This document shows, piece by piece, positions 22,927 through 34,244 of a DNA stretch of 34,244 nt. The DNA is from Actinobacteria bacterium UBA912 (GTDB lineage: Bacteria > Actinomycetota > Coriobacteriia > Anaerosomatales > UBA912). The DNA lies in NCBI GenBank assembly GCA_002293965.1, contig DBEG01000062.1, forward strand, positions 1-34,244, read 5' to 3'. Position numbers and translations under genes: made by a program. Position 1 is the first letter of the stretch, and each line of letters starts with the position of its first letter. The notes under the pieces are model-generated. The model was not told the origin of the DNA. It ran no database searches and was given only the letters and a program-made list of their open reading frames with translations.

Positions 22927-23552
22927 CGGCTGCGGATCTGTTGAGAGCCGACCTTCGGCTGATCACCGACATCATCCCGGTCGGCAGCAGGGTACTCGAC
23001 CTGGGGTGTGGCGACGGCTCGCTCATGGTGCATCTGCGCGACGAGAAGGAGTGCGAGGTCCGAGGCATCGAAATCCTGCCCGATAGGGTGGCTACCGCCA
23101 TCGGGCGCGGGCTATCCGTGGTGCAGGGCGACCTGGATGAAGGGCTGGGCGCATTCCCTGACCAGCTGTTCGACGTGGTCGTCCTGTCCCAGACCCTGCA
23201 GGTGGTCCGGCGACCGGCTTTCGTGCTTGGCGAGATGCTTAGGGTCGGCCGAATCGGCGTGCTCACTTTCCCGAACTTCGGGTATTGGCGCATCAGGGGC
23301 TACCTTGCCTTGCGCGGCAGGATGCCGGTTTCCAAGGCGATCCCATACACCTGGTACGACACACCCAACATCCACCACACTACGCTGAAGGATTTCCGGG
23401 ATTTCGTGGTCGCCAAAGGCGGCGTGATCGAGCGGGAGATCCCTTTGCGGGTCTCAGGCTGGAGCAAGGACGCGCGTCCTCGGCATACGCTTCCCAACCT
23501 GCTCGCTGACACTGTGCTGGCGGTGGTGCGGGCAGCGGATGTCGGCGAATGA
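22923..23552 (+). CDS. metW: Methionine biosynthesis protein MetW
   Basis: VLDLGCGDG, LSQTLQ, FPNFGYW, WYDTPNIH; ATGA overlap with metX. Confidence 0.93.
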   Translation: MTAADLLRADLRLITDIIPVGSRVLDLGCGDGSLMVHLRDEKECEVRGIEILPDRVATAIGRGLSVVQGDLDEGLGAFPDQLFDVVVLSQTLQVVRRPAFVLGEMLRVGRIGVLTFPNFGYWRIRGYLALRGRMPVSKAIPYTWYDTPNIHHTTLKDFRDFVVAKGGVIEREIPLRVSGWSKDARPRHTLPNLLADTVLAVVRAADVGE

Positions 23553-24699
23553 CCGCATTACGTGCTACGCTTGGCAGGTGGATGATGCACTGTCAGATGT
23601 GGACTACCAGGTAAGCGACCTGGCTGCACTGGGGTTCTCCGATGATGTCCGGGAACACTTCGGGGGCCATGTCGCCTCGGGGTTGCTCCCTGCCAGAATT
23701 ACCCGAGTCGACCGAGGCATGCCCATCGCACTCAGCGAGCAGGGGGCCTTCCGCGTCGAGTACTCGCAGAGCTTGCGCGAGGTGCCGGGTTCAACTCCTA
23801 AAGGTGCGGTCGTCGGGGATTGGGTCGGTTTGACTCGACCCGATGGGCATGAAGCTTGGCTGATCGACGCGATCCTCCCCAGGAAGAGCGCTTTCCACCG
23901 AAAGGACCCTGCTGAAGGGGCCGAGCAGCAGGTGGTCATAGCGAACGTCGACGTGATCTTCGTGATGCAGTCACTTTCGGGGGATGGGATCAATGTCCGC
24001 AGGTTGGAACGCGAATTGGTGATGGCGTGGGAGAGCGGTGCGGTTCCCGTGATCGTCCTCTCGAAAGCCGACCTTGTCGACGACCCCGACGGCAAAGCCG
24101 CCGTGGCCCGTGAGATCGCCTTCGGCGTCGACGTCATCATCGAGAGCGCTGTGACTGGAGAAGGGGTCGATGAGGTCCGGGCGCGGATACCGGCAGGGTC
24201 GACCGCCGCTTTACTCGGCAGTTCAGGCGTTGGGAAGTCTACACTGGTGAACAGGCTGTTGGGCATCGAGTCGGTCAAGACCGCGGAGACGCGATCGAAA
24301 GACGATAAGGGCAGACATACGACCACCGCGAGGGAGATGTTCGTGATGCCAGGGGGAGGCGTCATCATCGACACTCCCGGCATGCGCGGTCTGTCGCTTT
24401 GGAACTCCCAAAAGGGGATGGCGGCTGCCTTTCCCGACATCGTTTCGCTTGAAGAGCAGTGCCGCTTCGGCGATTGCGCACATGACAAAGAGCCCGGTTG
24501 CGCTGTGTCTGCGGCGGTCGCGGCTGGAGAGCTGAAGCAGGGACGCGTCGACAGTTGGCGAAGGTTGCAGGAGGAACTCGAGGTCCTCTCCGTCCGCCAG
24601 GAGGACATCGCCAGACGCGGCGATGGCAAGAAGACCAAGTCGCGTCCGGGCGGTCCCGATCACAAGGCGAGGGGCAGAGGAGTCGATCAGGAGTATTGA
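23539..24699 (+). CDS. rsgA: Ribosome small subunit-dependent GTPase A
   Basis: Circularly permuted GTPase: SKAD, GSSGVGKST, GRHTT, DTPG, Zn finger CRFGDCAHDKEPGC. Start uncertain. Confidence 0.92.
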   Translation: MSANDRITCYAWQVDDALSDVDYQVSDLAALGFSDDVREHFGGHVASGLLPARITRVDRGMPIALSEQGAFRVEYSQSLREVPGSTPKGAVVGDWVGLTRPDGHEAWLIDAILPRKSAFHRKDPAEGAEQQVVIANVDVIFVMQSLSGDGINVRRLERELVMAWESGAVPVIVLSKADLVDDPDGKAAVAREIAFGVDVIIESAVTGEGVDEVRARIPAGSTAALLGSSGVGKSTLVNRLLGIESVKTAETRSKDDKGRHTTTAREMFVMPGGGVIIDTPGMRGLSLWNSQKGMAAAFPDIVSLEEQCRFGDCAHDKEPGCAVSAAVAAGELKQGRVDSWRRLQEELEVLSVRQEDIARRGDGKKTKSRPGGPDHKARGRGVDQEY

Positions 24700-24771
24700 G
24701 GTGTTGGAGCATCAGGACTATCCTGTACCTTTGCATGACGTAGCGTCGAAGCGAGAGCAGGATCGTCGCCC

Positions 24772-24900
24772 ATGAAGATACACCGATTCCAGAATCCATT
24801 CGAACACTGGAGGAGCGGTTTGGCCGCCGAGCTCCTAGCCTTTGCACTCTTCATGTTGGTCGTAGCGGGGGCGGTCGTCTTACTTGCGCGGATGCTGTGA
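24772..24900 (+). CDS. Uncalled 42-aa single-TM small protein (MKIHRFQNPFEHWRSGLAAELLAFALFMLVVAGAVVLLARML)
   Basis: Purine-rich GAGCAGGA upstream, ATG 24772, TGA 24898-24900, one clean hydrophobic helix; ends 15 nt before trkH. Confidence 0.65.
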   Translation: MKIHRFQNPFEHWRSGLAAELLAFALFMLVVAGAVVLLARML

Positions 24901-24915
24901 AGTGAGGTCGTTTCG

Positions 24916-26433
24916 TTGCTACCTCGGATGACGTGGATCGACACAAGGATCATCCTCTACTACACCGGGCTGTTCGTATTCGGAATCGCAGCTGCGATGG
25001 TCGTGCCATTGGTGACGGGAATCTTGATGGCCGAGTGGAACGCCGCGCTGGATTACCTGTTGGGCATCTCGGCAGCGCTGGTCATCGCTGGAACCCTGCG
25101 ATTCGCGCGGGTCGAGAACGCACGGGTGACGCATACCCACGCCCTGATCCTCACCGCCTCAGGATGGCTTGCCGCCTCTCTGGTAGCGGCGATTCCACTA
25201 GCCCTGTCGCCTGCGTACGTGAGTTACCTCGATGCACTCTTCGACTCCGTGTCGGGGCTGACCACCTCAGGGCTGACGGTAGCTAAAGACCTCGACCACA
25301 TGGCACACGCTCACAACATGTGGCGCCATCTCACCCACCTGATCGGGGGACAGGGTATCGTGGTCGCGGCCATCTCGCTGTCGATCGGGCTGCGTTCAGG
25401 CGCTTTCTCCTTGTATGTGGCGGAGGGCCGCGACGAGCGGATCATGCCCAACGTGATCCATAGCGCAAGGTTCATCTGGTACGTCACTGCCGTCTATGTG
25501 CTGCTGGGCACAGTGGCTCTTTCGGCAGTGAACTTCGGCTTGGGGATGGAGCCAGCCAGAGGGGTACTCCATGCTTTCTGGATGTCGATGGCTGCCTATG
25601 ACACCGGAGGCTTTGCGCCGCAATCGATGAATGCGCTCTACTACCATAGTTTCACACTCGAGATCGTGACGCTCTTCCTGATGATCGGCGGAGCGATGAA
25701 CTTCAATCTTCACGCCCAAGTCTGGCGCGGCGACAAGACCGAGCTGTGGCGAAATATCGAGACCAAGGTGTTGGCAATCAACGTGTTCGTGCTCTCGATC
25801 GTCGTTGCCATAGGACTTGCCGCGACCGCTGTCTTCAACGAGCCGATGGAGATCTTGCGAAAAGGCATGTACCACGTGATCTCGGCGCATTCGGGCACAG
25901 GACATCAGACTATCTACGGAATCCAGTGGTTCACCGACTACGGCGGTGGAGCGGCCGCCGCGATAATCCTGGCGATGGCTGCCGGAGGTGCGGTCTCCTC
26001 GACAGCTGGTGGCATCAAGGCACTAAGGCTGGGGATGATAGTCGAGACCATCATCCATCAGATCAAGCTGGCGATGTCTCCTCGCACCGCAATCGTCACC
26101 ACAAGGTTCCATCACTTGGGCGAGAGGCTTCTCACTCCCGAGATCACCAGTGCCGCCGCGATAGTGTTCATCCTGTATGTCATCACTTACATCACAGGTG
26201 CGCTGATCGGTGTTGCCTACGGGTACGGTGCCGCCGAATCGCTGTTCGAGTCGATATCTGCGACGGCGAACGTAGGGCTGTCCTCCGGGATAACCGGCCC
26301 TAACATGCCCACCGGCCTGAAGTACCTCTACATGTTCCAGATGTGGGCAGGGCGACTGGAATTCATCGCGGTATTCGTCCTGATGACCCAGGTGTTGGCA
26401 TCCGTCGCATCGCTTTTGAAGGGCAAGAAGTGA
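24916..26433 (+). CDS. trkH: TrkH-family K+ uptake membrane protein
   Basis: Multi-TM protein with LFDSVSGLTTSG, DTGGF, STAGGIK and ESISATANVG..GRLE motifs. Confidence 0.88.
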   Translation: MLPRMTWIDTRIILYYTGLFVFGIAAAMVVPLVTGILMAEWNAALDYLLGISAALVIAGTLRFARVENARVTHTHALILTASGWLAASLVAAIPLALSPAYVSYLDALFDSVSGLTTSGLTVAKDLDHMAHAHNMWRHLTHLIGGQGIVVAAISLSIGLRSGAFSLYVAEGRDERIMPNVIHSARFIWYVTAVYVLLGTVALSAVNFGLGMEPARGVLHAFWMSMAAYDTGGFAPQSMNALYYHSFTLEIVTLFLMIGGAMNFNLHAQVWRGDKTELWRNIETKVLAINVFVLSIVVAIGLAATAVFNEPMEILRKGMYHVISAHSGTGHQTIYGIQWFTDYGGGAAAAIILAMAAGGAVSSTAGGIKALRLGMIVETIIHQIKLAMSPRTAIVTTRFHHLGERLLTPEITSAAAIVFILYVITYITGALIGVAYGYGAAESLFESISATANVGLSSGITGPNMPTGLKYLYMFQMWAGRLEFIAVFVLMTQVLASVASLLKGKK

Positions 26434-26930
26434 GACGCGCGAAGGGTTTGAGCATACTGGCTGCCTTGGTCCTGTTTGCGAGTCCCGTCGCAGCGTCGGC
26501 CGCAGACGCGTTCTCGCCCGACGAACTGATCGCCTTGGAGCGATACATGGATGGCCGAAGGGTCACTATCCAGGGCGAGGCCATCGGCGAGGACCTAAGG
26601 GCAGGCCCAGACTACCGCTGGGTCAATCTGCTCGGTGAGTCGGTGGCGGTCGGCGTCTATATGCATGAAATGGACGCAGGTCTTATCGACAGCTATGGCT
26701 CGTATAAGAGTACCGGCGACATAGTTCGGGTCACCGGAACACTGAACTTCGCGTGCGATGAGCACGGCGGTGATCTGGACGTCCACGCGGAGATCGTCGA
26801 GGTCGTCGAGGAGGGCCAACCGGTGTCGCGGGACCTCGATTTATGGAAGCTACTTGTCGTTGCGGTTGCACTCGCTGTGTTCGGGGCTCAGACGCTGGTC
26901 TATCGCTGGTATAGAGCCCGGAGCATGTGA
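26430..26930 (+). CDS. Exported, C-terminally anchored hypothetical protein (OB-fold-like)
   Basis: GTGA overlap with trkH, signal peptide, [13 protein letters not shown]...GDIVRVTG beta pattern, C-terminal TM helix. Confidence 0.7.
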   Translation: MRRAKGLSILAALVLFASPVAASAADAFSPDELIALERYMDGRRVTIQGEAIGEDLRAGPDYRWVNLLGESVAVGVYMHEMDAGLIDSYGSYKSTGDIVRVTGTLNFACDEHGGDLDVHAEIVEVVEEGQPVSRDLDLWKLLVVAVALAVFGAQTLVYRWYRARSM

Positions 26931-26983
26931 GCGGCATCCATCCACAACGCCCTCTCAAGTTCGAACAGGAAGAACGGATACCG

Positions 26984-27736
26984 ATGAAATCAGATCCGCG
27001 GGCAATAAGCCCAAGCCCCACAACCGACGACCTCATCTCTCTTTCCGATGTGGTCAAGGTCTACGAAACAGGAGAGGTTCCGTTCACAGCACTTAGGGGC
27101 GTGGATCTGCGAGTCCGTAGCGGAGAGTTCGTCGGGCTTATCGGCAAGTCGGGGTCGGGAAAGACGACGCTCATCAACATGATCACTGGTATCGATCATC
27201 CCACCAGCGGCTCGGTGATGGTTGCTGGAACCCCGGTCCACTCTCTCAACGAGAACGCACTGGCGATCTGGCGCGGCCGGACGATCGGCGTCGTGTTCCA
27301 GTTCTTCCAGCTGCTTCCTACGCTCACCGTGATCGAGAACGTGATGCTCCCCATGGACTTCTGCAACGTCTACGATCCTGCCGAGCGACCCGAGCGGGCG
27401 ATGGCCCTGCTCGAACAGGTCGAGATCGGCGACCAGGCCTACAAGCTACCCAGCGCCATCTCCGGCGGACAGCAGCAGAGGGCGGCGATCGCAAGGGCTC
27501 TGGCCAACGACCCCCCGATCATCGCCGCAGATGAACCCACTGGGAACCTCGACTCCAAGACGGCGGATGCGGTATTCCATCTGTTTGAATCGCTGGTCGA
27601 GGCCAACAAGACGATCGTCATGGTGACGCACGACAGTGACCTGGCCTCGCGAGTCCGCAGGGCCCTGCACGTCTCGGATGGCGAGATCGCCCATGACGTG
27701 CTACGTCCTTCGGGCGACGGCCAGATAGGGGCGTAA
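26984..27736 (+). CDS. ABC transporter ATP-binding protein (LolD/MacB-like)
   Basis: [30 protein letters not shown]. Start at 26927 or 26984. Confidence 0.93.
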   Translation: MKSDPRAISPSPTTDDLISLSDVVKVYETGEVPFTALRGVDLRVRSGEFVGLIGKSGSGKTTLINMITGIDHPTSGSVMVAGTPVHSLNENALAIWRGRTIGVVFQFFQLLPTLTVIENVMLPMDFCNVYDPAERPERAMALLEQVEIGDQAYKLPSAISGGQQQRAAIARALANDPPIIAADEPTGNLDSKTADAVFHLFESLVEANKTIVMVTHDSDLASRVRRALHVSDGEIAHDVLRPSGDGQIGA

Positions 27737-27741
27737 ATCCA

Positions 27742-30147
27742 GTGATGTCGCCGAGGTGGCGCAAGGTATTCAGGGACCTCTACGGGCACAAGTTCCGCAC
27801 CCTGCTGGTGGTCCTCTCGATCGCGGTCGGGATCTTTGCGATCGTGGTCGTCCTCGGTGCGAGGGGCGTCCTGCTCCGTGAGTTCGAGGTGGTTTTCGAG
27901 CACTCGAATGCGCCTATCGCGACGATATGGGTCGATCGCGCTGACGAGGGCCTGATTACCGACGTCGCCGAGGCCCAGGGTGTCCGAGATGCCGAGGGAC
28001 GACGCTCCGTGTTCCTGCGGTTCGAGGAGGGCAGGCTTCCAGACGACGCGCCAGCGACCGGCTGGAACACGCTGCGCACTATTGCGGTACCGGACTTCCA
28101 TAACCAAAGGGTAGGACGTTTCACGCCGGTGAACACCCAGTCGTGGCCGCCAGGCCGGGGCGAGATCCTTCTCGAACAGTCTGCTTCGGCGATAGGCGAG
28201 TATGACATCGGCGACACCCTGACGGTGGAGACTCCGGCGGGCAAGAGGGCCACGTTGCGGGTCGCTGGATTCGCGCACGATATCAACGCGCTGCCCGCCC
28301 ACTTCGTTGGAATGGCGACCGGGTTCATCTCGATGGAGACGTTGGCGCTACTCGATGAGCCGCAGGAATACAACACGATCACGTTCGTGGCGGATGACCC
28401 CGAAATCTCCCGTGCCGAGGCATTGGCCCTGAGCGATCACGTCAGCGAAGAGGTGATTGCCGAGAAGGGCGCAAGAGTACTTCAGACCCAGGTCCCAGAG
28501 CCGGGAAGTCACTTCTTGGGCGATATCTTCAAGGCCGTGTCGCTGTTGCTGCTGGCCCTGGGCGTGCTGAGCATGCTGCTTTCCGGGTTCCTGGTGGTAA
28601 CGACAATGCAGGCGCTCATCTCACAGCAGGTCAAACAGGTCGGGATCATGAAGGCGATAGGCGGCAAGACCGAGCAGATCATGCGGATGTACACGGGGAT
28701 GGTCCTGATCTACGGGGTAATGGCAATCGCCATAGGAGTTCCAGTCGGGATCGCTGCAGCCCAGTGGTTCGCAGACTTCGGCGCCGGGATGCTCAACTTC
28801 CGCATCACCTCGTACATGCCGCCGCTGTGGGTGGTGGGCCTGGGGGCGCTCATAGGGCTGACGATCCCGCTTGTAGGGGCGATCTTCCCCATCGTGTCGG
28901 GTACCCGGATGCCGGTGGTGCGGGCGCTCAGTGCGACCGGGCTCTCCCGTACGAATTTCGGCCACGGGCTGGTCGACCGTGTCTTGGGGCTGATCCACGG
29001 TCTGCCTCGGCCGGTAGCGCTGAGCTTACGTAACACTTTCCTGCGCAAGGGCAGGCTGGCCCTGACGCTCACGACGCTCATACTGGCTGCATCGGTGCTG
29101 ATGAGCGTGCTCACTGTGCAGCGATCCATTCTGGCGACGGTCGACACTGTCGACATCTGGCGCTCCGACGCCCAGTTCCAGCTTGCGGTCACCGAACCTG
29201 CCGACAGACTGCTGTCGATAGCGATGGATGGGCGCGGGGTGGCGATGGCCGAAGGCGCCCTGGACCGGAGGGCGACTCTGCTGCGTGAGGACGGGAGCAA
29301 GAGCGACGCGATCAACATGATAGGGCTGTCGCCGGAGACGACTTTCGTCTCTCCGGTCATCGAGCAAGGCAGATGGCTTGAGGCCAACGACACCTACTCG
29401 ATCGTCGTCAACTCCGATGTCCTCGGCGATTCGCCCGAGTTCTCGCTGGGCAGGGTGGTCGAGCTGAGCATCAGGGGGGTGGAGCGCAAGTGGAAGGTTG
29501 TGGGCGTGGTCTCGAGCGGCTTGATGGGGCCGGTCATCTACGCACCCTACGATCATCTCGACTCCATCCTACAAGGCAACGGCGGGATCAACCGCGTCCT
29601 CGTGCGGACGGAGTTCAGTCACGCCACCGCGCAAGAGCAGGCCGCGAGGGATCTCGAGCGGCGATTCGAGGAAGCCGATGTCGCGGTACTCTCGATGCAG
29701 ACCCAGATCGAGGAGCGAGACACCGTCGCCGAGCAACTCGGCATCCTCGTGATGTTCCTGGCCATCATGGCGGTCATTCTGGCCCTGGTGGGAGTGATCG
29801 GCCTTACAGGCACCATGACGATAAACGTGCTCGAAAGCCAGCGGGAGATCGGGGTCATGCGCGCCATCGGAGCCTGTCACAGGTCGATCTACTCGATCTT
29901 CATCACCGAGAGCCTGGTGATTGCGCTGATGGCGTGGCTATTCGGTGCGATGCTGTCGTGGCCGATGAGCGTGGCGTTGACGGACATGCTTTCCGAGGCG
30001 ATGGGGCTTCCGCTCGCCTACGCCTACTCGTGGAGTGGTGTCGGTATTTGCTTGCTCGCAATGACGGCCGTCGCGTTGGCGGCAAGTCTGCTACCCTCAT
30101 ATCGCGCATCGCAGGTCAGCGTGCGTGATTCGATCGCTTGGGAATAG
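27742..30147 (+). CDS. ABC transporter permease with duplicated MacB/FtsX domains
   Basis: 801 aa with two repeats of TM, large extracytoplasmic domain, 3 TM; motifs QVGIMKAIG and REIGVMRAIG. Confidence 0.9.
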   Translation: MMSPRWRKVFRDLYGHKFRTLLVVLSIAVGIFAIVVVLGARGVLLREFEVVFEHSNAPIATIWVDRADEGLITDVAEAQGVRDAEGRRSVFLRFEEGRLPDDAPATGWNTLRTIAVPDFHNQRVGRFTPVNTQSWPPGRGEILLEQSASAIGEYDIGDTLTVETPAGKRATLRVAGFAHDINALPAHFVGMATGFISMETLALLDEPQEYNTITFVADDPEISRAEALALSDHVSEEVIAEKGARVLQTQVPEPGSHFLGDIFKAVSLLLLALGVLSMLLSGFLVVTTMQALISQQVKQVGIMKAIGGKTEQIMRMYTGMVLIYGVMAIAIGVPVGIAAAQWFADFGAGMLNFRITSYMPPLWVVGLGALIGLTIPLVGAIFPIVSGTRMPVVRALSATGLSRTNFGHGLVDRVLGLIHGLPRPVALSLRNTFLRKGRLALTLTTLILAASVLMSVLTVQRSILATVDTVDIWRSDAQFQLAVTEPADRLLSIAMDGRGVAMAEGALDRRATLLREDGSKSDAINMIGLSPETTFVSPVIEQGRWLEANDTYSIVVNSDVLGDSPEFSLGRVVELSIRGVERKWKVVGVVSSGLMGPVIYAPYDHLDSILQGNGGINRVLVRTEFSHATAQEQAARDLERRFEEADVAVLSMQTQIEERDTVAEQLGILVMFLAIMAVILALVGVIGLTGTMTINVLESQREIGVMRAIGACHRSIYSIFITESLVIALMAWLFGAMLSWPMSVALTDMLSEAMGLPLAYAYSWSGVGICLLAMTAVALAASLLPSYRASQVSVRDSIAWE

Positions 30148-30155
30148 GGAGTCAT

Positions 30156-30911
30156 ATGCGCGGAATCGGAGTTCTGGTCAATGTTGCTGCGATCATGGTG
30201 GGTGCCGGGGTAGGCTTGCTCTTCGGGCGGCTGATTTCCGAGAGGTTCAAGTCCATAGCCTTCATCGCGATCGGCCTGTCCACGATGATTCTCGGCGCCT
30301 CGATGAGCATCGGAGGATTGACGTCATTGGGATCCAGTGACCTGGGCAAGTACTCATCGCTCGTGTTCGTAGGCTCGCTCGTGCTCGGCTCTTTGGTTGG
30401 CGAAGCGATGCGAATCGAGCGTCGCCTGGAGTGGCTTGGTGAGAAGCTGCAGTCCGCCGCGACACGCATGCCGATCCTAGGCCCCGGAAAATCAGCGGAA
30501 CCTTCCGAGAAGGGCCACACGCTCGTCGAAGGCTTCGTTGCGTCGTCGCTACTCTTCGGGGTGGGGGCTATGGCGATCCTCGGATCGATCCAGGACGGCC
30601 TCGGGGATCCCTCGCTGCTCTACCTGAAGGCTTCGCTCGACGGGATGGCGTCGATCGCTCTGGCCACGACCCTGGGTGCTGGGGTGGCGCTTTCGGCAGT
30701 TCCGATCCTGCTGCTGCAGGGCGGTATCGCGCTGGGGGCCGCGTCCCTCGAGCCGCTGATGACACCCGCTGTCCTCGACGCGATCAAGGCTACCGGCGGT
30801 TCGCTGATCTTCGTGATCGGCCTGGACCTGGCCGGCATCAAGCGGTTCCCCATAGGCAACATGCTACCCGCAGTCTTCGTCGCGGCGTTCCTGGCCGGGT
30901 GGCTCGGATGA
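30156..30911 (+). CDS. DUF554-family membrane protein
   Basis: GVLVNVAAI, EGFVASSLLFGVGAMAILGSIQDG, KASLDG, GNMLPA. Confidence 0.85.
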   Translation: MRGIGVLVNVAAIMVGAGVGLLFGRLISERFKSIAFIAIGLSTMILGASMSIGGLTSLGSSDLGKYSSLVFVGSLVLGSLVGEAMRIERRLEWLGEKLQSAATRMPILGPGKSAEPSEKGHTLVEGFVASSLLFGVGAMAILGSIQDGLGDPSLLYLKASLDGMASIALATTLGAGVALSAVPILLLQGGIALGAASLEPLMTPAVLDAIKATGGSLIFVIGLDLAGIKRFPIGNMLPAVFVAAFLAGWLG

Positions 30912-31351
30912 TCGACATCGCGCCCGCCGAAGCGCTTGCAAGCGAGTCCGCGCAGCCCGCAGGGGCCACCGAGACGCTGGCGATCCCAAGGTTCAACTGG
31001 GCCGCGTTCCTGATCCCGCCGATCTGGGGGATCGCCAACCGCCAGTGGTGGGGCGTGATGTTCCTGCCGGCCTGGGTCTTCGTCGACAACATGCTGCGCT
31101 CCGAAAGCACCCTTGGCGCGTGGACGACCGCCGCAGGCATCGGCATGGCCGCAGTCACCGTGGGCCTGCAGGCGATCTTCGCTCGCACCGCCGACGGGAT
31201 CGCGCTACAGCGGGTCAGCACCCGCGCCCAGTACGAGCGCTACATCCGCCACCAGCGGATATGGCGGGTCGTGGCGGTGTTCGCATTCATCGGCATGGCG
31301 GCGTGGATCACGACGTTCATCATGACGGGCGGACCGCTCGACCGACCCTGA
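30908..31351 (+). CDS. Hypothetical membrane protein
   Basis: ATGA overlap with the DUF554 gene; FNWAAFLIPPIWG motif; 3-4 hydrophobic segments. Confidence 0.7.
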   Translation: MIDIAPAEALASESAQPAGATETLAIPRFNWAAFLIPPIWGIANRQWWGVMFLPAWVFVDNMLRSESTLGAWTTAAGIGMAAVTVGLQAIFARTADGIALQRVSTRAQYERYIRHQRIWRVVAVFAFIGMAAWITTFIMTGGPLDRP

Positions 31352-32009
31352 ACGCGCTCGGGCAGATGTCGGCGAGGAAGCATCCGTCACACGCCGGTCG
31401 CTTGGCGTCGCAAACGGCCCTCCCGTGCGTGATCAGGTCGAAGTTCATCCGATACCAGACCTGCCGAGGAAACACCTTCATCAAGTCGCGCTCGATCTTG
31501 TCGGGGTTCTTCTCGGCGGATAGACCGAGGCGGTGCGCGAGTCGGTGTACGTGCGTGTCGACTGCTATGCCGACCACGACTCCGAAGGCCGTGCCGAGCA
31601 CGATGTTGGCGGTCTTCCTCGCGACGCCTGGCAGGCGCGTGAGGTCCTCCATGGTGCTTGGGACCTCGCCGCCGTACTCGGTGACGACGATCTTCGCGGT
31701 CGCGATGATGCTGCGGGCCTTCTGCCTGAAGAACCCGAGCGAGTGCACGAGAGCCTCGACGTCCTCCTGCTCCGCCTCGGCCAACGCCGCGGCATCCGGG
31801 TAGGCGGCGAACAGCGCGGGTGTCGCCTTGTTGACGGCGGCATCGGTGGTCTGAGCGGAGAGGATCACCGCGATCAGCAGCTCCCACGGATCGCCGAAGT
31901 GCAGAGCGGGCTCAGGGTCCCCGTAGGCGGCCTCGAGCCTCTCGGCGTAGAGTCCGGCCAGGCGGCGGCGCTCGGCATCGTCGAGCATCGGTATCGGCTC
32001 TTGGGGCAC
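31320..32009 (-). CDS. nth: Endonuclease III
   Basis: LSAQTTD, HhH motif LPGVARKTAN, AVDTHV, Fe-S motif CDAKRPACDGCFLADIC; SD GGAAGGAG. Confidence 0.96.
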   Translation of the reverse strand: MPQEPIPMLDDAERRRLAGLYAERLEAAYGDPEPALHFGDPWELLIAVILSAQTTDAAVNKATPALFAAYPDAAALAEAEQEDVEALVHSLGFFRQKARSIIATAKIVVTEYGGEVPSTMEDLTRLPGVARKTANIVLGTAFGVVVGIAVDTHVHRLAHRLGLSAEKNPDKIERDLMKVFPRQVWYRMNFDLITHGRAVCDAKRPACDGCFLADICPSAFRVGRAVRPS

Positions 32010-32088
32010 GGGGCGCTCCTTCCTGTGGTGGCTAGCTTCGTTGGGCCCGTATCGCGCGGGTCCCTGTGAATCATACCCCGCTTCCTGC

Positions 32089-32117
32089 TTGACCGGCCAC
32101 GATATCGGGGATACCCT
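32089..32117 (+). promoter_or_regulatory. Probable sigma70/sigmaA promoter of mfd
   Basis: TTGACC (32089-32094), 17-nt spacer, TACCCT (32112-32117). Confidence 0.55.
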
Positions 32118-32208
32118 ACGTGAGCCCCGCGCCGAACGATCGTCGCGGGTTAGCCACGTTTGCCGGACCCGCCCCGCCCCGTCGTGCTCGCCAAGAGGAG
32201 CCGCTTAC

Positions 32209-34244
<2,036 letters not shown>

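Noticed and set aside
32118-32159. Stem-loop in the mfd 5' UTR
   Set aside because: No riboswitch consensus was recognised, its outer arm overlaps the predicted transcription start, and such stems are common at this GC content.

Overview
GC-rich bacterial core-genome window. It is probably from an anaerobic Actinomycetota/Coriobacteriia-type organism, inferred from hspR, a class E sortase, a DUF6049-like gene and candidate leaderless genes. Gene content in order: a truncated PIN-TM-TPR gene, a DUF6049-like membrane protein, lon, a small secreted HEXXH protein, sortase-epimerase-degenerate UDG, a ferredoxin, a dnaK-grpE-dnaJ-hspR-clpB operon, a receiver-rich phosphorelay cluster, rtcB, an HsmA-like protein, metY-metX-metW-rsgA, a trkH cluster with an uncalled 42-aa membrane peptide, a MacB/FtsX-type ABC transporter, DUF554, nth and a truncated mfd. 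No rRNA, tRNA, CRISPR array or mobile element was seen. The standout is the leader of the met operon. A promoter and strong Shine-Dalgarno precede an uncalled 36-codon ORF (MIYLSQFVMMMDMMMTQPGSGRVCGCSGRLGHPAGR, 20277-20387) with 6 Met codons out of 7. Its 5' half base-pairs over about 50 nt with the region that contains the metY ribosome-binding site and start codon. This is the layout of a methionine-sensing, ribosome-stalling translational attenuator, which I do not know as an established way of regulating Met biosynthesis.
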